30,069 nt of DNA from Alphaproteobacteria bacterium (lineage in GTDB: Bacteria; Pseudomonadota; Alphaproteobacteria; Acetobacterales; Acetobacteraceae). The DNA lies in assembly GCA_017307285.1 (NCBI GenBank), contig JAFKFI010000127.1, forward strand, positions 1 to 30,069, given 5' to 3'. The notes under the pieces were generated by a model. The model did no database searches. It was not told the origin of the DNA and saw only the letters and a program-made list of their open reading frames with translations. Shown one piece after another: positions 6,923 through 18,307 of the stretch; the first letter of the stretch is position 1; every line of letters starts with the position of its first letter. The position numbers and the translations under genes were made by a program.

Positions 6923-8311
6923 ATGACCAACACAACACCCGATTGTTTCGTCACCGAGAAAGCGGGGGCGCAGCCCCTGTTCGCCGTGCGGCCGGCCGGA
7001 TTGGAGGCGTTCCTCGCCAAGCTGCAAGCGAAGCAAGCCGACTACCTCCGCGCCTCCGGCTTCACCGGCGCGGCGCAGGAGCTCGCGCTGCTCCCCGGCG
7101 CCGGTGGCATCGCGGGCGCGGTGCTTGGGCTGGGCGACGACAGCTCGCCCCGCGCCTTCGGCGACCTCGCTTATCGCCTGCCGGCCGGCAAATCCTGGGC
7201 CTTGCAGGAGGGCGACTACGATTCTGGCGCGGCGGTGCTCGGTTTCGCGCTCGGCGCCTATCGCTACACCGCCTTCAAGCCGCCGAAGCGCGAATCGGCG
7301 CGCCTCGTGCTCCCGCCGGGCCAGGAGCGCGCCGTGTCGGAGGCGGCCGCGATCTGCCTCGCGCGCGACCTCATCAACACCCCGGCCAACCTGCTCGGGC
7401 CGGCCGAGCTCGCCGAGGCGGCGCTGCGGCTGGCGGCGGAGTTCAAGGCCGAGGCCAACTGCATCGAGGGCGCAGAGCTGGAACGCGCCTATCCCACCGT
7501 GGCCGCCGTCGGGCGCGGCTCGGCGCGGGCGCCACGCGTCGCGCAGTTGCGCTGGAAGGGCTCGCGCGCCGGCACCGGCGCGCCGCTCATCGCGCTCTGC
7601 GGCAAGGGCGTGTGCTTCGATTCGGGCGGCTACGACATCAAGCCCTCCGCCGGCATGTTGCGCATGAAGAAGGATATGGGCGGCGCCGCCACCGTGCTCG
7701 GCATGGCGCGGGTACTGATGGCAGCCGACCTGCCAATCCGCCTCGTCGTGCGCATCGGCTGCGTCGAGAACAGCGTGTCGGGCGATGCCATGCGGCCGCT
7801 CGACGTGATCCGCACGCGCCGCGGGCTCAGCGTGGAGGTGGGCAACACGGACGCCGAAGGCCGCCTTGTGCTCTGCGACCTGCTCGCCGAGGCCTCCGAC
7901 GAGCGGCCCGACCTCATCGTCGATTGCGCGACCCTCACCGGGGCGGCGCGCGTCGCCCTCGGGCCGGAGCTGCCAGCACTGTTCTGCAATGACGATTCCT
8001 GGGCCGGGCGCCTGCTCGCCGCTGGTCGGAATCGGCACGATCCGCTGTGGCAGCTGCCGCTTTGGGACGGTTACGATTCCTGGCTGAATAGCTCGGTCGC
8101 CGATCTTAACAATATTTCATCGAAGCCGTTCGCCGGCGCGATCGTCGCTGCGCTATTTCTGCGGCGATTCGTCGCACCGGGAGTGAACTGGGCGCATATC
8201 GATCTTTATGCGTGGAATGATCAGACCCAGCCAGGCCGCCCCGAAGGCGGCGAAGGCCAAGCAATTCGCGCGGTTTGCGCCGCAATCGAGCAATCCGTTA
8301 TTGCTTCGTGA
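6923..8311 (+). CDS. leucyl aminopeptidase family protein (peptidase M17)
   Basis: M17 signature NTDAEGRL. Metal-binding segment (GKGVCFDSGGYDIKPSAGM). ATG at 6923 with a GAGG upstream; the track ORF starts further upstream at 6824. Confidence 0.85.
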   Translation: MTNTTPDCFVTEKAGAQPLFAVRPAGLEAFLAKLQAKQADYLRASGFTGAAQELALLPGAGGIAGAVLGLGDDSSPRAFGDLAYRLPAGKSWALQEGDYDSGAAVLGFALGAYRYTAFKPPKRESARLVLPPGQERAVSEAAAICLARDLINTPANLLGPAELAEAALRLAAEFKAEANCIEGAELERAYPTVAAVGRGSARAPRVAQLRWKGSRAGTGAPLIALCGKGVCFDSGGYDIKPSAGMLRMKKDMGGAATVLGMARVLMAADLPIRLVVRIGCVENSVSGDAMRPLDVIRTRRGLSVEVGNTDAEGRLVLCDLLAEASDERPDLIVDCATLTGAARVALGPELPALFCNDDSWAGRLLAAGRNRHDPLWQLPLWDGYDSWLNSSVADLNNISSKPFAGAIVAALFLRRFVAPGVNWAHIDLYAWNDQTQPGRPEGGEGQAIRAVCAAIEQSVIAS

Positions 8312-8477
8312 ACAGACCAAACCATGCAGGTAACGTGATTGCGAATTCCAGCAAACGATTTCCGGTCTATAGCATCTGTCATCGATATGACGTCAGACCA
8401 TATACGAGGCTACTGACGCGCTCCGGTTGAGTGCGTTACGCGAAGTTAATCTTCGCCGATTGATGAAAGGATCAAAC
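8312..8477 (+). promoter_or_regulatory. AT-rich promoter/operator region upstream of the MarR gene, containing short palindromes
   Basis: About 45% GC against a roughly 70% background. tgacgtca palindrome (about 8388-8395). gcgaag-ttaat-cttcgc inverted repeat (8440-8456). AAAGGA Shine-Dalgarno site before the ATG at 8478. Confidence 0.3.
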
Positions 8478-8879
8478 ATGGCAACAACCCAGTCCCCCGA
8501 CCAGCTGGTCGGCATCCTGCGGGATACCGTGGTGGCCCTGGTGCGGCGCGACGGGCCGGATCTTTCGGCGCGCCAACTTGGAGTGTTCCTCACGTGCTAT
8601 CTGCAGGAAGGCGCCCATACGGTGCGCGGGCTGGCCGCGGACCTCAACGTCTCCAAGCCCGCGATCACCCGCGCCCTCGACCGCCTCGGCGAGCTTGACC
8701 TGGCGCGCCGCAAGGTCGACCCGATGGATCGCCGCAGCGTGCTCGTGCAGCGCACCCTCAAGGGTGCCGCGTTCCTGCGCGACCTGCGTGGCATCATGAG
8801 CGAGGCGTCGAGCACGTCCCGCAAGGGCGGCGCCAGCGTGGGCGAAACGGCCGCGCGCAAGGCCGCCGCCTCCGCGTAA
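8478..8879 (+). CDS. MarR-family winged-helix transcriptional regulator
   Basis: MarR-type HTH (SARQLGVFL...VRGLAADLNVSKPAITRALDRLGELDLARRKVDPMDRRSVLV). Start at the ATG with the AAAGGA Shine-Dalgarno site. Confidence 0.75.
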   Translation: MATTQSPDQLVGILRDTVVALVRRDGPDLSARQLGVFLTCYLQEGAHTVRGLAADLNVSKPAITRALDRLGELDLARRKVDPMDRRSVLVQRTLKGAAFLRDLRGIMSEASSTSRKGGASVGETAARKAAASA

Positions 8880-8891
8880 CCATTCTCCGCC

Positions 8892-8931
8892 GGGTCCTGC
8901 GGCTCCCGGCCGTCTCGGCCGCGCAGGACCC
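8892..8931 (+). terminator. GC-rich stem-loop downstream of the MarR gene (candidate intrinsic terminator without a U-tract)
   Basis: gggtcctgcg (8892-8901) pairs with cgcaggaccc (8922-8931), enclosing a second small hairpin. Confidence 0.4.
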
Positions 8932-8971
8932 AAGAGACGCACGGCCACGCGCGTAGTATAGTCGCGCCCTC

Positions 8972-10069
8972 ATGCGCGACGATCCGGCAGGACACTACGC
9001 GACCCTCGGCGTCGATCCGGCGGCGTCAGCCGAGGCGGTGGTCGCGGCGTTCCGCGCTGCCGCTCGCCGGCTTCATCCGGACGTGCCCGAGACCGGCGAC
9101 GCCGAGGCGTTCATTCGCGCCCGTGCGGCCTACGACGTGCTCGGCGACGCGGAGCGCCGCGCCGCCTATGACCGGGCGGCGCATCTCGGCGACCCTCAGC
9201 CGGAGCCGGAGCCCGCTGCCGCCGCCGATACGGTTGTGCGGGACACGATGGTCGCTGCATGGCGCCGGCCGAGCGGGTTATCGCTCAGCCTGTTCGCCGG
9301 GTGCGCCGGCTTCGCCGTGCTGGCGCTGGCCATCGGCTTCGCCGGGCTCGGCCCATCGGAAACTCACGAATCCGTCGCAATTCCCGCCGTCGCGCCAGCT
9401 CCGGTCGCGCCGCTCCGGCCGATCCGCCCACCGCCCGCGCCGGTCCAAGGAATTGCCAGCGGCTATATCCTGCCGTCCGGCGATCCGGCGACGCTCTGGC
9501 GCCCGACGCCCGAACGCTACGTCCCGGTAGGGCAGCTCGCCGCCTTTACCCCGGTCGCGATCCGTCATGTCGACGCTCAGCATGGGATGGTGGAGGTCGC
9601 CGCACCGGATGGCGCGGACGGCTTCGTCTATGCCAGCCGCCTTACACCGGGCGACGCGGCGGCGGCCGAGCGGGCGCGCTGCATCTACGAGGCGGGCACG
9701 CCGCCGGCCAACAACGAAATCCTGTCCCGGCACGGCAGCCCCGGCGCGCTGCGCGTTGAGGTGGAGAACCGCCGGGATCAGCCAGCGGTGGTCAAGCTGC
9801 GCGATCCGGCGGGAGTCACGACCGCGAGCGTGTTCGTCGCACCGCGCGCCATCGCCGCGATAGACGGGCTGCCGCCCGGCGTGTATCGGCCGGAGTTCGC
9901 CTACGGCGAGCTGTGGAGTCATGCCTGCCGCCGCTTCGTCGCCGGGATGCGCGCGGAACGTTTCGTCGCGTTCCACTTGCTGGATGGCTCGCCCGCCGCC
10001 CAGACCCGCTATAGCATCCCCCCGAGCGACGGCATCGACGAGCCGGACGACGAGTTCAACCGCGACTGA
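8972..10069 (+). CDS. J-domain (DnaJ-like) membrane protein with a C-terminal domain of unknown function
   Basis: N-terminal J domain (HYATLGVDP...RRLHPDV...AYDVLGD...RAAYDR). Central hydrophobic segment (LSLFAGCAGFAVLALAIGFAGL). Confidence 0.75.
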   Translation: MRDDPAGHYATLGVDPAASAEAVVAAFRAAARRLHPDVPETGDAEAFIRARAAYDVLGDAERRAAYDRAAHLGDPQPEPEPAAAADTVVRDTMVAAWRRPSGLSLSLFAGCAGFAVLALAIGFAGLGPSETHESVAIPAVAPAPVAPLRPIRPPPAPVQGIASGYILPSGDPATLWRPTPERYVPVGQLAAFTPVAIRHVDAQHGMVEVAAPDGADGFVYASRLTPGDAAAAERARCIYEAGTPPANNEILSRHGSPGALRVEVENRRDQPAVVKLRDPAGVTTASVFVAPRAIAAIDGLPPGVYRPEFAYGELWSHACRRFVAGMRAERFVAFHLLDGSPAAQTRYSIPPSDGIDEPDDEFNRD

Positions 10070-10087
10070 CGGGAGGCCGCGCCTCGC

Positions 10088-11035
10088 ATGTCTGTCCCTG
10101 GAACATCTGTCATCAGGTCCATCACGCTGCAGGAACCGCTGCGGGCGGTGTTCTACGCGCCCTTCTATGCGGCCCTGTCGCGCGGTGCCTACGCGGACGA
10201 GGGCGTCGACATCCACCTGTTCAGCGCCGCACGTCCCGCCGACGCGACACGCGGCTTCTTCAACGGCAGCGTGGATGTCGGCTGGGGCGGGCCGATGCGG
10301 GTGATGGAAACCTATCACCAGCGCGCCGATTGCGACCTGGTCTGCTTCGCCGAGGTGGTGACGCGCGATCCGTTCCTGCTGATTGGCCGTGCGCCAAAGC
10401 CAGGCTTCGCGCTCGCCGACCTCATCGGCCCGCGCGTCGGCACCGTAAGCGAGGTGCCGACACCGTGGCTCTGCCTGCAGGAGGATTTGCGCCGCGCGGG
10501 GCTCGATCCCGCGCGCGTCGATCGCGTGGCCGATCGCACGATGGCGCAAAATGCCGATGCCCTGCGCGCCGGCCAACTCGACGTGGTGCAGCTGTTCGAG
10601 CCCTACGCCACGGAGCTGCTCGACGGGGGTGCGGGGCATCTCTGGTATGCCGCCGCCCATCGCGGCCCGACCTCGTACACCACGTTCTACGCGCGCCGGG
10701 ATACGCTGCGGTCGCGACGCAAGGAATTGCGCCGCATGGTGCGCGCACTGCATCGCACGCAGCACTGGATCGCGCGCGCGAGCGGAGAGGAGATCGCCGC
10801 GGCGATTGCGCGATACTTTCCCGCCGTGCCGCCGGACCGCCTTGCGCGCGCCTGCGAGCGCTACAAATCCCTAGGTATATGGGGGCGTGATCCGGTGCTG
10901 CCGCGCGAGGGCTACGAGCGGTTGCGCGCCGGCCTCGAATCGGGCGGGCTCGTCGATCGTGGCGCGCCGTTCGAGCAGGCCGTGGACAACATGCTGGCCC
11001 GCGAGATCCTGGCGGAGACCCCGCCGACGGCTTGA
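10088..11035 (+). CDS. NMT1/THI5-like substrate-binding protein (SsuA/TauA-type ABC substrate-binding fold); no signal peptide seen
   Basis: Family-like segments (DIHLFSAARPADATRGFFNGSVDVGWGG, DRTMAQNADALRAGQLDVVQLFEPYATEL). GGGAGG Shine-Dalgarno site upstream. Confidence 0.65.
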   Translation: MSVPGTSVIRSITLQEPLRAVFYAPFYAALSRGAYADEGVDIHLFSAARPADATRGFFNGSVDVGWGGPMRVMETYHQRADCDLVCFAEVVTRDPFLLIGRAPKPGFALADLIGPRVGTVSEVPTPWLCLQEDLRRAGLDPARVDRVADRTMAQNADALRAGQLDVVQLFEPYATELLDGGAGHLWYAAAHRGPTSYTTFYARRDTLRSRRKELRRMVRALHRTQHWIARASGEEIAAAIARYFPAVPPDRLARACERYKSLGIWGRDPVLPREGYERLRAGLESGGLVDRGAPFEQAVDNMLAREILAETPPTA

Positions 11036-11056
11036 CCGATTTGGGGGAGGACAACC

Positions 11057-11938
11057 ATGCCGCACGCGACGACCGATGACGGGGTGCGTCTCCATTACGA
11101 GGAGACCGGCACGGGCACGCCCGTCATCTTCGTCCACGAGTTCGCCGGCGATTGGCGGAGCTGGGAGGCGCAACTGCGCCATTTCGGCCAGCGCTACCGC
11201 GCGATCGCCTACAACGCGCGCGGCTATCCGCCGTCGGATGTGCCGGAGGATGTCGCGTTCTACTCGCAGAACCGCGCCGCCGACGACATCCGCGCCATGC
11301 TCGACCATCTCGACATCGAGCGCGCGCATGTGGTCGGACTGTCGATGGGCGGTTTCGCCACCTTGCATTTCGGCTTCCGCCATCCCGCTCGCGCGCTCTC
11401 GCTGGTGGTCGGCGGCTGCGGCTATGGCGCCGAGCCCGCCACGCGCGACCGCTTCCGCGCCGAGGCCGAAGCAGTCGTCGGCTTCATCCGCGATAACGGG
11501 ATGCAGGCCTTCGCGGCGAAATACGCCTACGGCCCGACACGCGTGCAGTTCGAGAACAAGGACCCGCGCGGCTTCGCCGAATTCCGCGCGATGCTCGCCG
11601 AGCACTCCGCCCTCGGCGCCGCCAACACTCAGCTCGGTGTGCAGCGAGAGCGGCCATCCTTGTTCGATCTGGTGGACCGCATGAAGGCGCTGACCGTGCC
11701 GACCCTGGTGCTCACCGGCGACGAGGACTGGCCGTGCCTGGCACCTGGCCTGTTGATGAAGCAGACCATCCCGACCGCAGCGCTCTCGGTGATGCCGAAT
11801 TGCGGCCATGCTATCAATCTCGAAGATCCCGACGAGTTCAACCGCCTGGTCGGCGATTTCATCATCCACGTCGACTCCGGCCGCTGGCCGGCGCGCGATC
11901 CGCGCGCGGTATCGGCGTCGATTCTCGGGATGCGCTGA
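11057..11938 (+). CDS. alpha/beta-fold hydrolase
   Basis: VIFVHEFAGD. Nucleophile elbow GLSMGG. C-terminal His region (MPNCGHAINLEDPDEF). GGGGAGG Shine-Dalgarno site. Confidence 0.85.
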   Translation: MPHATTDDGVRLHYEETGTGTPVIFVHEFAGDWRSWEAQLRHFGQRYRAIAYNARGYPPSDVPEDVAFYSQNRAADDIRAMLDHLDIERAHVVGLSMGGFATLHFGFRHPARALSLVVGGCGYGAEPATRDRFRAEAEAVVGFIRDNGMQAFAAKYAYGPTRVQFENKDPRGFAEFRAMLAEHSALGAANTQLGVQRERPSLFDLVDRMKALTVPTLVLTGDEDWPCLAPGLLMKQTIPTAALSVMPNCGHAINLEDPDEFNRLVGDFIIHVDSGRWPARDPRAVSASILGMR

Positions 11939-11981
11939 AGGCGCCGCACGCTGATGGCGCAGTGATCCACGCAAAGAAAAA

Positions 11982-12005
11982 GGCTCCGGCCGGATCGCCG
12001 GAGCC
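11982..12005 (-). terminator. intrinsic terminator hairpin for the minus-strand BI-1 gene (possibly bidirectional)
   Basis: ggctccggc-cggatc-gccggagcc, preceded on the + strand by aaagaaaaa, which is a U-tract on the minus strand. Confidence 0.5.
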
Positions 12006-12047
12006 TTGCGTCGGATGGGCGGAAGCGCTTCCGCCCCCTTTGCCTGG

Positions 12048-12833
12048 CTAGTTGCTGTTGCGATTGCCCAGGAGCTGCAGCATCAGCATGAACAGGTTGA
12101 TGAAGTTGAGGTACAGGCTCAGCGCGTCATACACGCTGCGCTTGGCCGCGCCCTCGGTGCCGGCGGCATAGGCGTACTGCACGTAGTCCGCCTTGATGCG
12201 CTGGGTGTCGTAGGCGGTGAGGCCCGTGAACACCAGCACGCCGACGATGCTGACGAGGAACTGCAGCGCCGAGCTCGCGACGAAGATGTTCACCACGCTC
12301 GCGATGATGATGCCGATGAGGCCCATCATCAGGAAGCTGCCAAACCGGCTCAGATCCGTCCGCGTCGTGTAGCCCCAGATGCTCATCGCCGCGAAGGTCG
12401 CCGCCGTGATGAAGAACACCCGGCCGATCGAGCTTTCGGTGTAGATGAAGAAAATATTAGTCAGGCTGGCGCCCATCGCCGCGGCGAACAGCCAGTACAG
12501 CAGCTGTGCCGTGCTGCGCGACAGCCGGTTGACGCCCAAGCTCAGCACCATCACGAACGCCAGCGGCGCGAAAATCGAGATCAGACCGAGCCCGGTCGGA
12601 TGCGGCACGATCCGCCCGTCGGGCGTGGCCGTCATCGTGTAGAAGAGCTCGCTCAGCCCGGTATGCGCGATCGCGTAGGCGACGATGCCGGTGAGCACGA
12701 GCCCCGACGTCATCCAATTGTAGACGCGGAGCATGTAGGCCCGCAGCCCTGCGTCGATGACGGCAGCGGATGCGGTTTGAACGCCAGGTCCCTGGGCGCC
12801 TGGATACGTCCTGTAGTCGGGACTGTAGGCCAT
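12048..12833 (-). CDS. Bax inhibitor-1/YccA family inner-membrane protein
   Basis: Seven-TM profile. Motifs typical of BI-1/YccA (FLRKVYNW-like MLRVYNWMTSGLVLTG; C-terminal charged tail). Confidence 0.9.
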   Translation of the reverse strand: MAYSPDYRTYPGAQGPGVQTASAAVIDAGLRAYMLRVYNWMTSGLVLTGIVAYAIAHTGLSELFYTMTATPDGRIVPHPTGLGLISIFAPLAFVMVLSLGVNRLSRSTAQLLYWLFAAAMGASLTNIFFIYTESSIGRVFFITAATFAAMSIWGYTTRTDLSRFGSFLMMGLIGIIIASVVNIFVASSALQFLVSIVGVLVFTGLTAYDTQRIKADYVQYAYAAGTEGAAKRSVYDALSLYLNFINLFMLMLQLLGNRNSN

Positions 12834-12926
12834 GATGTGCGTTTTCCCTCAGTGGGCGAGCTTGCCCGAGCCTCATAGTTTGTGGATAAACAGAGCAGGT
12901 TCAAGCAGATTCGGAACCCGATACAG

Positions 12927-15421
12927 CTACTGGTTCCGCAGCAAGGGCGCCGCTTTCACCCGCAAGGCACTCGCCGTGCCGGCATAGCCAAACAACAGCA
13001 TCAGCGCGACGCATAAACCGATGGTAGCAGCAAGCCGACCCGGCAGGAAGGCCCACTCGCTGTCCATCAGGAACCGCACGACGCCGTAGCTCGCCGCTGT
13101 GCCGATGAACGCCGCGATCACGCCCGCCGCCAGCCCGAGCACGCCGAACTCCACAAGCCATGCCGCGCGGATCTGCCGTCGAGTGGCGCCGAGCGTCTTG
13201 AGCACCACGGCCTCCCGCGTGCGCCGCCGCTGGCCGGACGCGACCGCGCCAGCGAGCACCAGCGCGCCAGCGAGCAGGGTGATGGAGCCGGTCGCGGCAA
13301 GCGCGGTCGCGATCTTGTCGAGCAGATCAGCGACGGCGTGGAGGATCTCCTCGACGCGGATGCCGGTGACGTTGGGCAGCGCGTCCGTCACGGCGCGGAG
13401 CAGCGCGCCCTGGTCCGCCTCGGCGACGCGGACGGTGGCGATATGGGTGTGTGGCGCGTGCGCGAGCAGGCCGGGGCTCGCCACCATCGCGAAGTTCAGG
13501 CCGAGGCTGCGCCAGGCGATGTCACGCAGATTTGCGATCTTGAGGTCGATGTCGCGCCCCAGCACGTTGACCCGGATGGTGTCGCCGATGCCGATGCTCC
13601 AGCCTTTCGCGAGATTGGCGTCGAAGGAGAGCAGCGGCGGCCCCTGGTAGTCGGCGGGCCACCAGCTGCCGGCGACGATGCGGGTGCCTTCCGGCGGCGC
13701 GGCGGAGTAGGTCAGGCCGCGATCGCCGCGCAGCGCCCAGCGTGTGTCGAGTGTGGCCTTCACCTGGTCGGCCGGAACGCCGTTCACCGAGACGATGCGG
13801 GCGCGCATGCTCGGCATCTGGTGCGTCTCGCTGACGCCGGGCTGCGCATGGATCAGCGACTCGAAGCGCGGGAGCTGGTCGTTCTGGATGTCGACGAAGA
13901 AGAACGAGGGCGCGTTAGCCGGCACTTGGTCGAGCACCTGCTGGCGCACATTGCCCTGGATCAGCGCGACGGCGGCCAAGGTGGAAAGGCCGAGCCCGAC
14001 CGAGACCAGCATCAGTGGCGTGGCGGAGCCGGGGCGATAGAGGTTGGCAAGCCCGAGCCGCGCCCAGGGCGCGCTGAGGCGGGGTGCGGCGCGAGCCGCT
14101 CGCATCACCGCCGCGCCACCGAGCCGGAACAGCACGAGCGACCCCGCCGCCGCGCCGCAGAACCACAGCGCGAAGTGGCGGTCCTGCGCCGTCCCGATGG
14201 TCAGGCCGATCAGCGCCAAGGCTAGGACCACATTGGCGCCGATGATCCAGCGGCCGGGCCGCGCACGGGCGGGCAGCAGCGCGTCGCGGAACAGCGCGGC
14301 GCCGGAAATGTGCGGCGCGCGGCCGAGCGGCCAGAGGGAGAAACAGAGCGCGGTGAGCAGTCCGAACGCCGCCGCCTGGAGCAGCGGCACCGGGAACAGC
14401 CCGAGCCGGGGCGGCACCGGCAGCGCGCCGGCGAACACCCAGGCAAGCACCGAGGGAAGAACCGCGCCGACCACCAGCCCGGCGACGATGCCGAGGGCGG
14501 TCAGCGCCAGCATCTGCAGCAGGCAAACCCAGAACACCAGCGTGCCCGAGGCGCCGAGGCAGCGCAGGGTGGCGATGCTCCTCCCCCTCGCCTCCAGCCA
14601 GGCCCGCACCCCCGTCGCCACGCCGATGCCGCCGACCAGCAACGACGTAAGGCCGACGAGGCTGAGGAACAGCCCGGTCTGCTCGACGAACCGGCTGACA
14701 CCCGGTGCCGCGTGCCGCGCGTCGCGGATGCGCCAGCCCTGGTCGGGGAAGGCGGCGCGTATGTCCGCCATCACCGCCGCCGGGCTCGCCCCCGCCGGCA
14801 GGGCGACGCGGAGCGCGTAGCGCACCATCGAGCCCGGCGCGATCAGCCCGGTCTCGGGCAGGGCGCGCGCCAGGATCACCGCGCGGGCGCCGAGCATGGA
14901 CGGCCCGGCGACGCGGTCAGGTTCTTCCCGGAGCGGCGCGCGCACGGTGAGCGTCGCGTTGCCGAGGCGCACAGGATCGCCCGGATGCAGGCGCAGCCGG
15001 TCCAGCACCACCGGTTCGACGGCGATTCCGTACCGCCCACCCTGCTCGCCGAGCAACGCGGCGGGCGGATCGGCGGTGCCGACCAGCGGCCACGCCGCGT
15101 CCACCGCCTTGAGCTCAATGAGCTGCCGCTCGCCCGATGGCGCGACCAGCATGGAGCGCATCACCACCACGTCGGAGAGCCGGGCGCCCCGTGCACGCAG
15201 CCAGTCGCGCAGCGTGTCGGGCAGCTTCTGCGCGCCGCCGTCCACCTCGAGGTCGCCGCCCAGGATGCGGCTGCCGTCGGCGTCTAGGCCGCGCTCAATC
15301 GCCACGCGCAGGCTGCCCACGCCGGCGATTACCGCGACCCCGAGGGCGAGGCAGGCGAGCACGATCCGCAGCCCCCTCACCCCGCCGCGCAATTCCCGGA
15401 GTGCGAGGCGGAAAGCCAGCA

Positions 15422-15422
<1 letters not shown>
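12927..15422 (-). CDS. ABC transporter permease with duplicated FtsX-like domains (YbbP-like)
   Basis: 831 aa. Two FtsX-type 4-TM modules, each with a large periplasmic loop. Start overlaps the stop of the upstream ATPase gene. Confidence 0.85.
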
Positions 15423-16133
<711 letters not shown>

Positions 16134-16144
<11 letters not shown>

Positions 16145-16814
16145 CGCGGCGACATATGGCCTTGGCGCCGCCTTACGGAAGATCGTCGGGTCCGTCCTTC
16201 TGTTTCTGATGCTCGCCGTCTCGGCCGCGCACGCGGCGCCGGTGCGGCTGCTGGTGCTCGGCGATTCGCTCTCGGCCGGCTTCGGCCTGCCGCACGATCA
16301 GGGGTTCGAGGCGCAGCTCCAGGCGGCGCTGGCGGCGCGCGGGCACGAGGTGCAGATCATCGACGCCGCCGTCTCGGGCGACACCACCGCCGGTGGCCGC
16401 GCCCGGCTAGAATGGGCGCTGGCCGACGGGGCGGACGCAGCCATCGTGGAACTCGGGGCCAATGACGGGCTGCGCGGCGTCGACCCGAAGGCGATGGAGG
16501 CCAATCTTACCGCCATCCTCGACACCCTTGCAGCGCGCCACATTCCGGTGCTGCTTACCGGGATGTATGCGCCGCCCAATCTCGGGCCGGAATATGGCCG
16601 CGCCTTCCGCGCCGTGTTCGACAAGCTCGGCCATCGCCCCGGCATTCTGTACGATCCGTTCTTTCTGGAGGGCATCGCCACCGACCCGGCACTCAACCAG
16701 CCGGACGGGCTGCACCCCAATGCCGAGGGGGTGAAGCGCAACGTCGCCCGCCTGGTGCCGCTGGTCGAGAAGCTGCTGGCGGAGGCCCAGAATCAGATGA
16801 AGGGGGGCGAATGA
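16134..16814 (+). CDS. tesA: SGNH/GDSL arylesterase (TesA-like lysophospholipase L1/acyl-CoA thioesterase I)
   Basis: Signal peptide, then the GDSLS block (LLVLGDSLSAGFGL). GANDGLRG. C-terminal DGLHPN. Divergent from ybbA-ybbP, as in the E. coli tesA-ybbA-ybbP arrangement. Confidence 0.8.
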
Positions 16815-17344
16815 GGCTGTTTGTCGCCCTCGACCTGCCGTGGGAGCTGCGAGAGCGGCTGACAATGCTGGCGGGCGGCGTCCCCGGCGCGCGCTGGGTG
16901 CCGCCGGAGAACCATCACCTCACCCTGCGTTTCATCGGCGAGATGCCGAAGCACCGCGCCGAGGAGATCGACGAGGCGCTGGCGGCGCTGCGGGCGCCGG
17001 GGTTCCCGCTCACGCTCGCCGGCATCGGCACCTTTGGCAAGGGCAGCAAGCCGGTCTCGCTATGGGCCGGGGTGGAGCGCAATCCCGCGCTCGAGCATCT
17101 GCAGAGCAAGATCGAAACCGCCCTGCAGCGCGCCGGTGTCGAACCCGAGCGCCGCCGCTTCGCGCCCCACGTCACACTGGCACGGCTCGATAATGCCCCG
17201 GAAGCCAAGCTCGCCGCCTATGTACAAGCGCATAACCTGTTCCGCGCGCAGCCGGTGCAGGTCGAGCATTTCACGCTGTTCAGCTCGCGGCTCGGCAAGG
17301 AGCAGCCGGTCTACACGCCCGAGGTGGAATACGAGCTGACATAG
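16811..17344 (+). CDS. thpR: RNA 2',3'-cyclic phosphodiesterase (2H family, LigT/ThpR)
   Basis: Two H-x-T-x motifs (HHLTLRF and HVTLAR). Start ATGA overlaps the tesA stop. Confidence 0.85.
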   Translation: MRLFVALDLPWELRERLTMLAGGVPGARWVPPENHHLTLRFIGEMPKHRAEEIDEALAALRAPGFPLTLAGIGTFGKGSKPVSLWAGVERNPALEHLQSKIETALQRAGVEPERRRFAPHVTLARLDNAPEAKLAAYVQAHNLFRAQPVQVEHFTLFSSRLGKEQPVYTPEVEYELT

Positions 17345-17359
17345 GGAGAGCGAACGAGA

Positions 17360-18307
17360 ATGCCCGTCGATCCGCAGATCCAGGAACTGCTCGACCTCAT
17401 GGCCGGCCTGCCGCCGGCGCACACGCTGAGCGTCGCTGAGGCACGGGCGCGCATGGAGCAGCGCCCGCGCGAGGGCTTGCGCATCCCGCCGGTGGCGCGG
17501 GTCGAGGACCGCACGATTCCTGGCCTCGGCGGCGACCTCGCGCTGCGCATCTACACGCCGCACGGCGTCATTGGCGAGCACGGCGCCGGCCCCTTCCCGC
17601 TGCTGGTGTTCTTCCACGGCAGCGGCTTCGTGGTGTGCAGCCTCGACACCCACGACGTGATGTGCCGCAACCTGTGCGCCGGGGCGGGATGCGTCGTCGT
17701 CTCGGTCGACTACCGGCTGGCGCCCGAGCACAAATTCCCGGCGGGCGCGGATGACTGCCTGCACGCGACGCGCTGGGCCGCCGCGAACGCACACGAGCTC
17801 AACGTGGACCCGCGCCGGATCGCGGTGGCTGGCGACAGCGCCGGGGGGAACATGGCCGCCGTCACCGCGCTCCGGGTGCGCGAGGGCGGGCCGCATCTCT
17901 GCGCGCAGTTGCTGATCTATCCCGTCACCGACTACCACGAGCCCGGCACGCCCTCCTACGCGGAGAACGCCGAGGGCTATGGGCTCACTCGGTTGCAGAT
18001 GAAATGGTTTTGGGACCACTACCTGTCCGACCCGTCAGAGGCCGCCCATCCGCACGCCTCGCCGCTGCGCGCGGAGAGCTTGCGTGGCGTGGCCCCTGCG
18101 CTGGTCTACTCGGCGCAATACGACGTCCTGCGCGATGAGGCAGAGCGCTACGCCGACCGCCTGCGCGAGGCCGGTGTGCCAGTCACGTTCAAGCGGTGGG
18201 ACGGCATGAACCACGGCTTCTTCAACTGGATCGGCCGCGTCGACAAGGCCACCCAGGCGATGGACGAAGCCTGCGCCTGGCTGCGCGAGGCGTTCGCCAA
18301 AGCCTGA
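17360..18307 (+). CDS. alpha/beta hydrolase, hormone-sensitive-lipase-type esterase/lipase
   Basis: HGSGF oxyanion motif. GDSAGG nucleophile elbow. C-terminal DxL...H. GGGAGA Shine-Dalgarno site. Confidence 0.85.
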   Translation: MPVDPQIQELLDLMAGLPPAHTLSVAEARARMEQRPREGLRIPPVARVEDRTIPGLGGDLALRIYTPHGVIGEHGAGPFPLLVFFHGSGFVVCSLDTHDVMCRNLCAGAGCVVVSVDYRLAPEHKFPAGADDCLHATRWAAANAHELNVDPRRIAVAGDSAGGNMAAVTALRVREGGPHLCAQLLIYPVTDYHEPGTPSYAENAEGYGLTRLQMKWFWDHYLSDPSEAAHPHASPLRAESLRGVAPALVYSAQYDVLRDEAERYADRLREAGVPVTFKRWDGMNHGFFNWIGRVDKATQAMDEACAWLREAFAKA

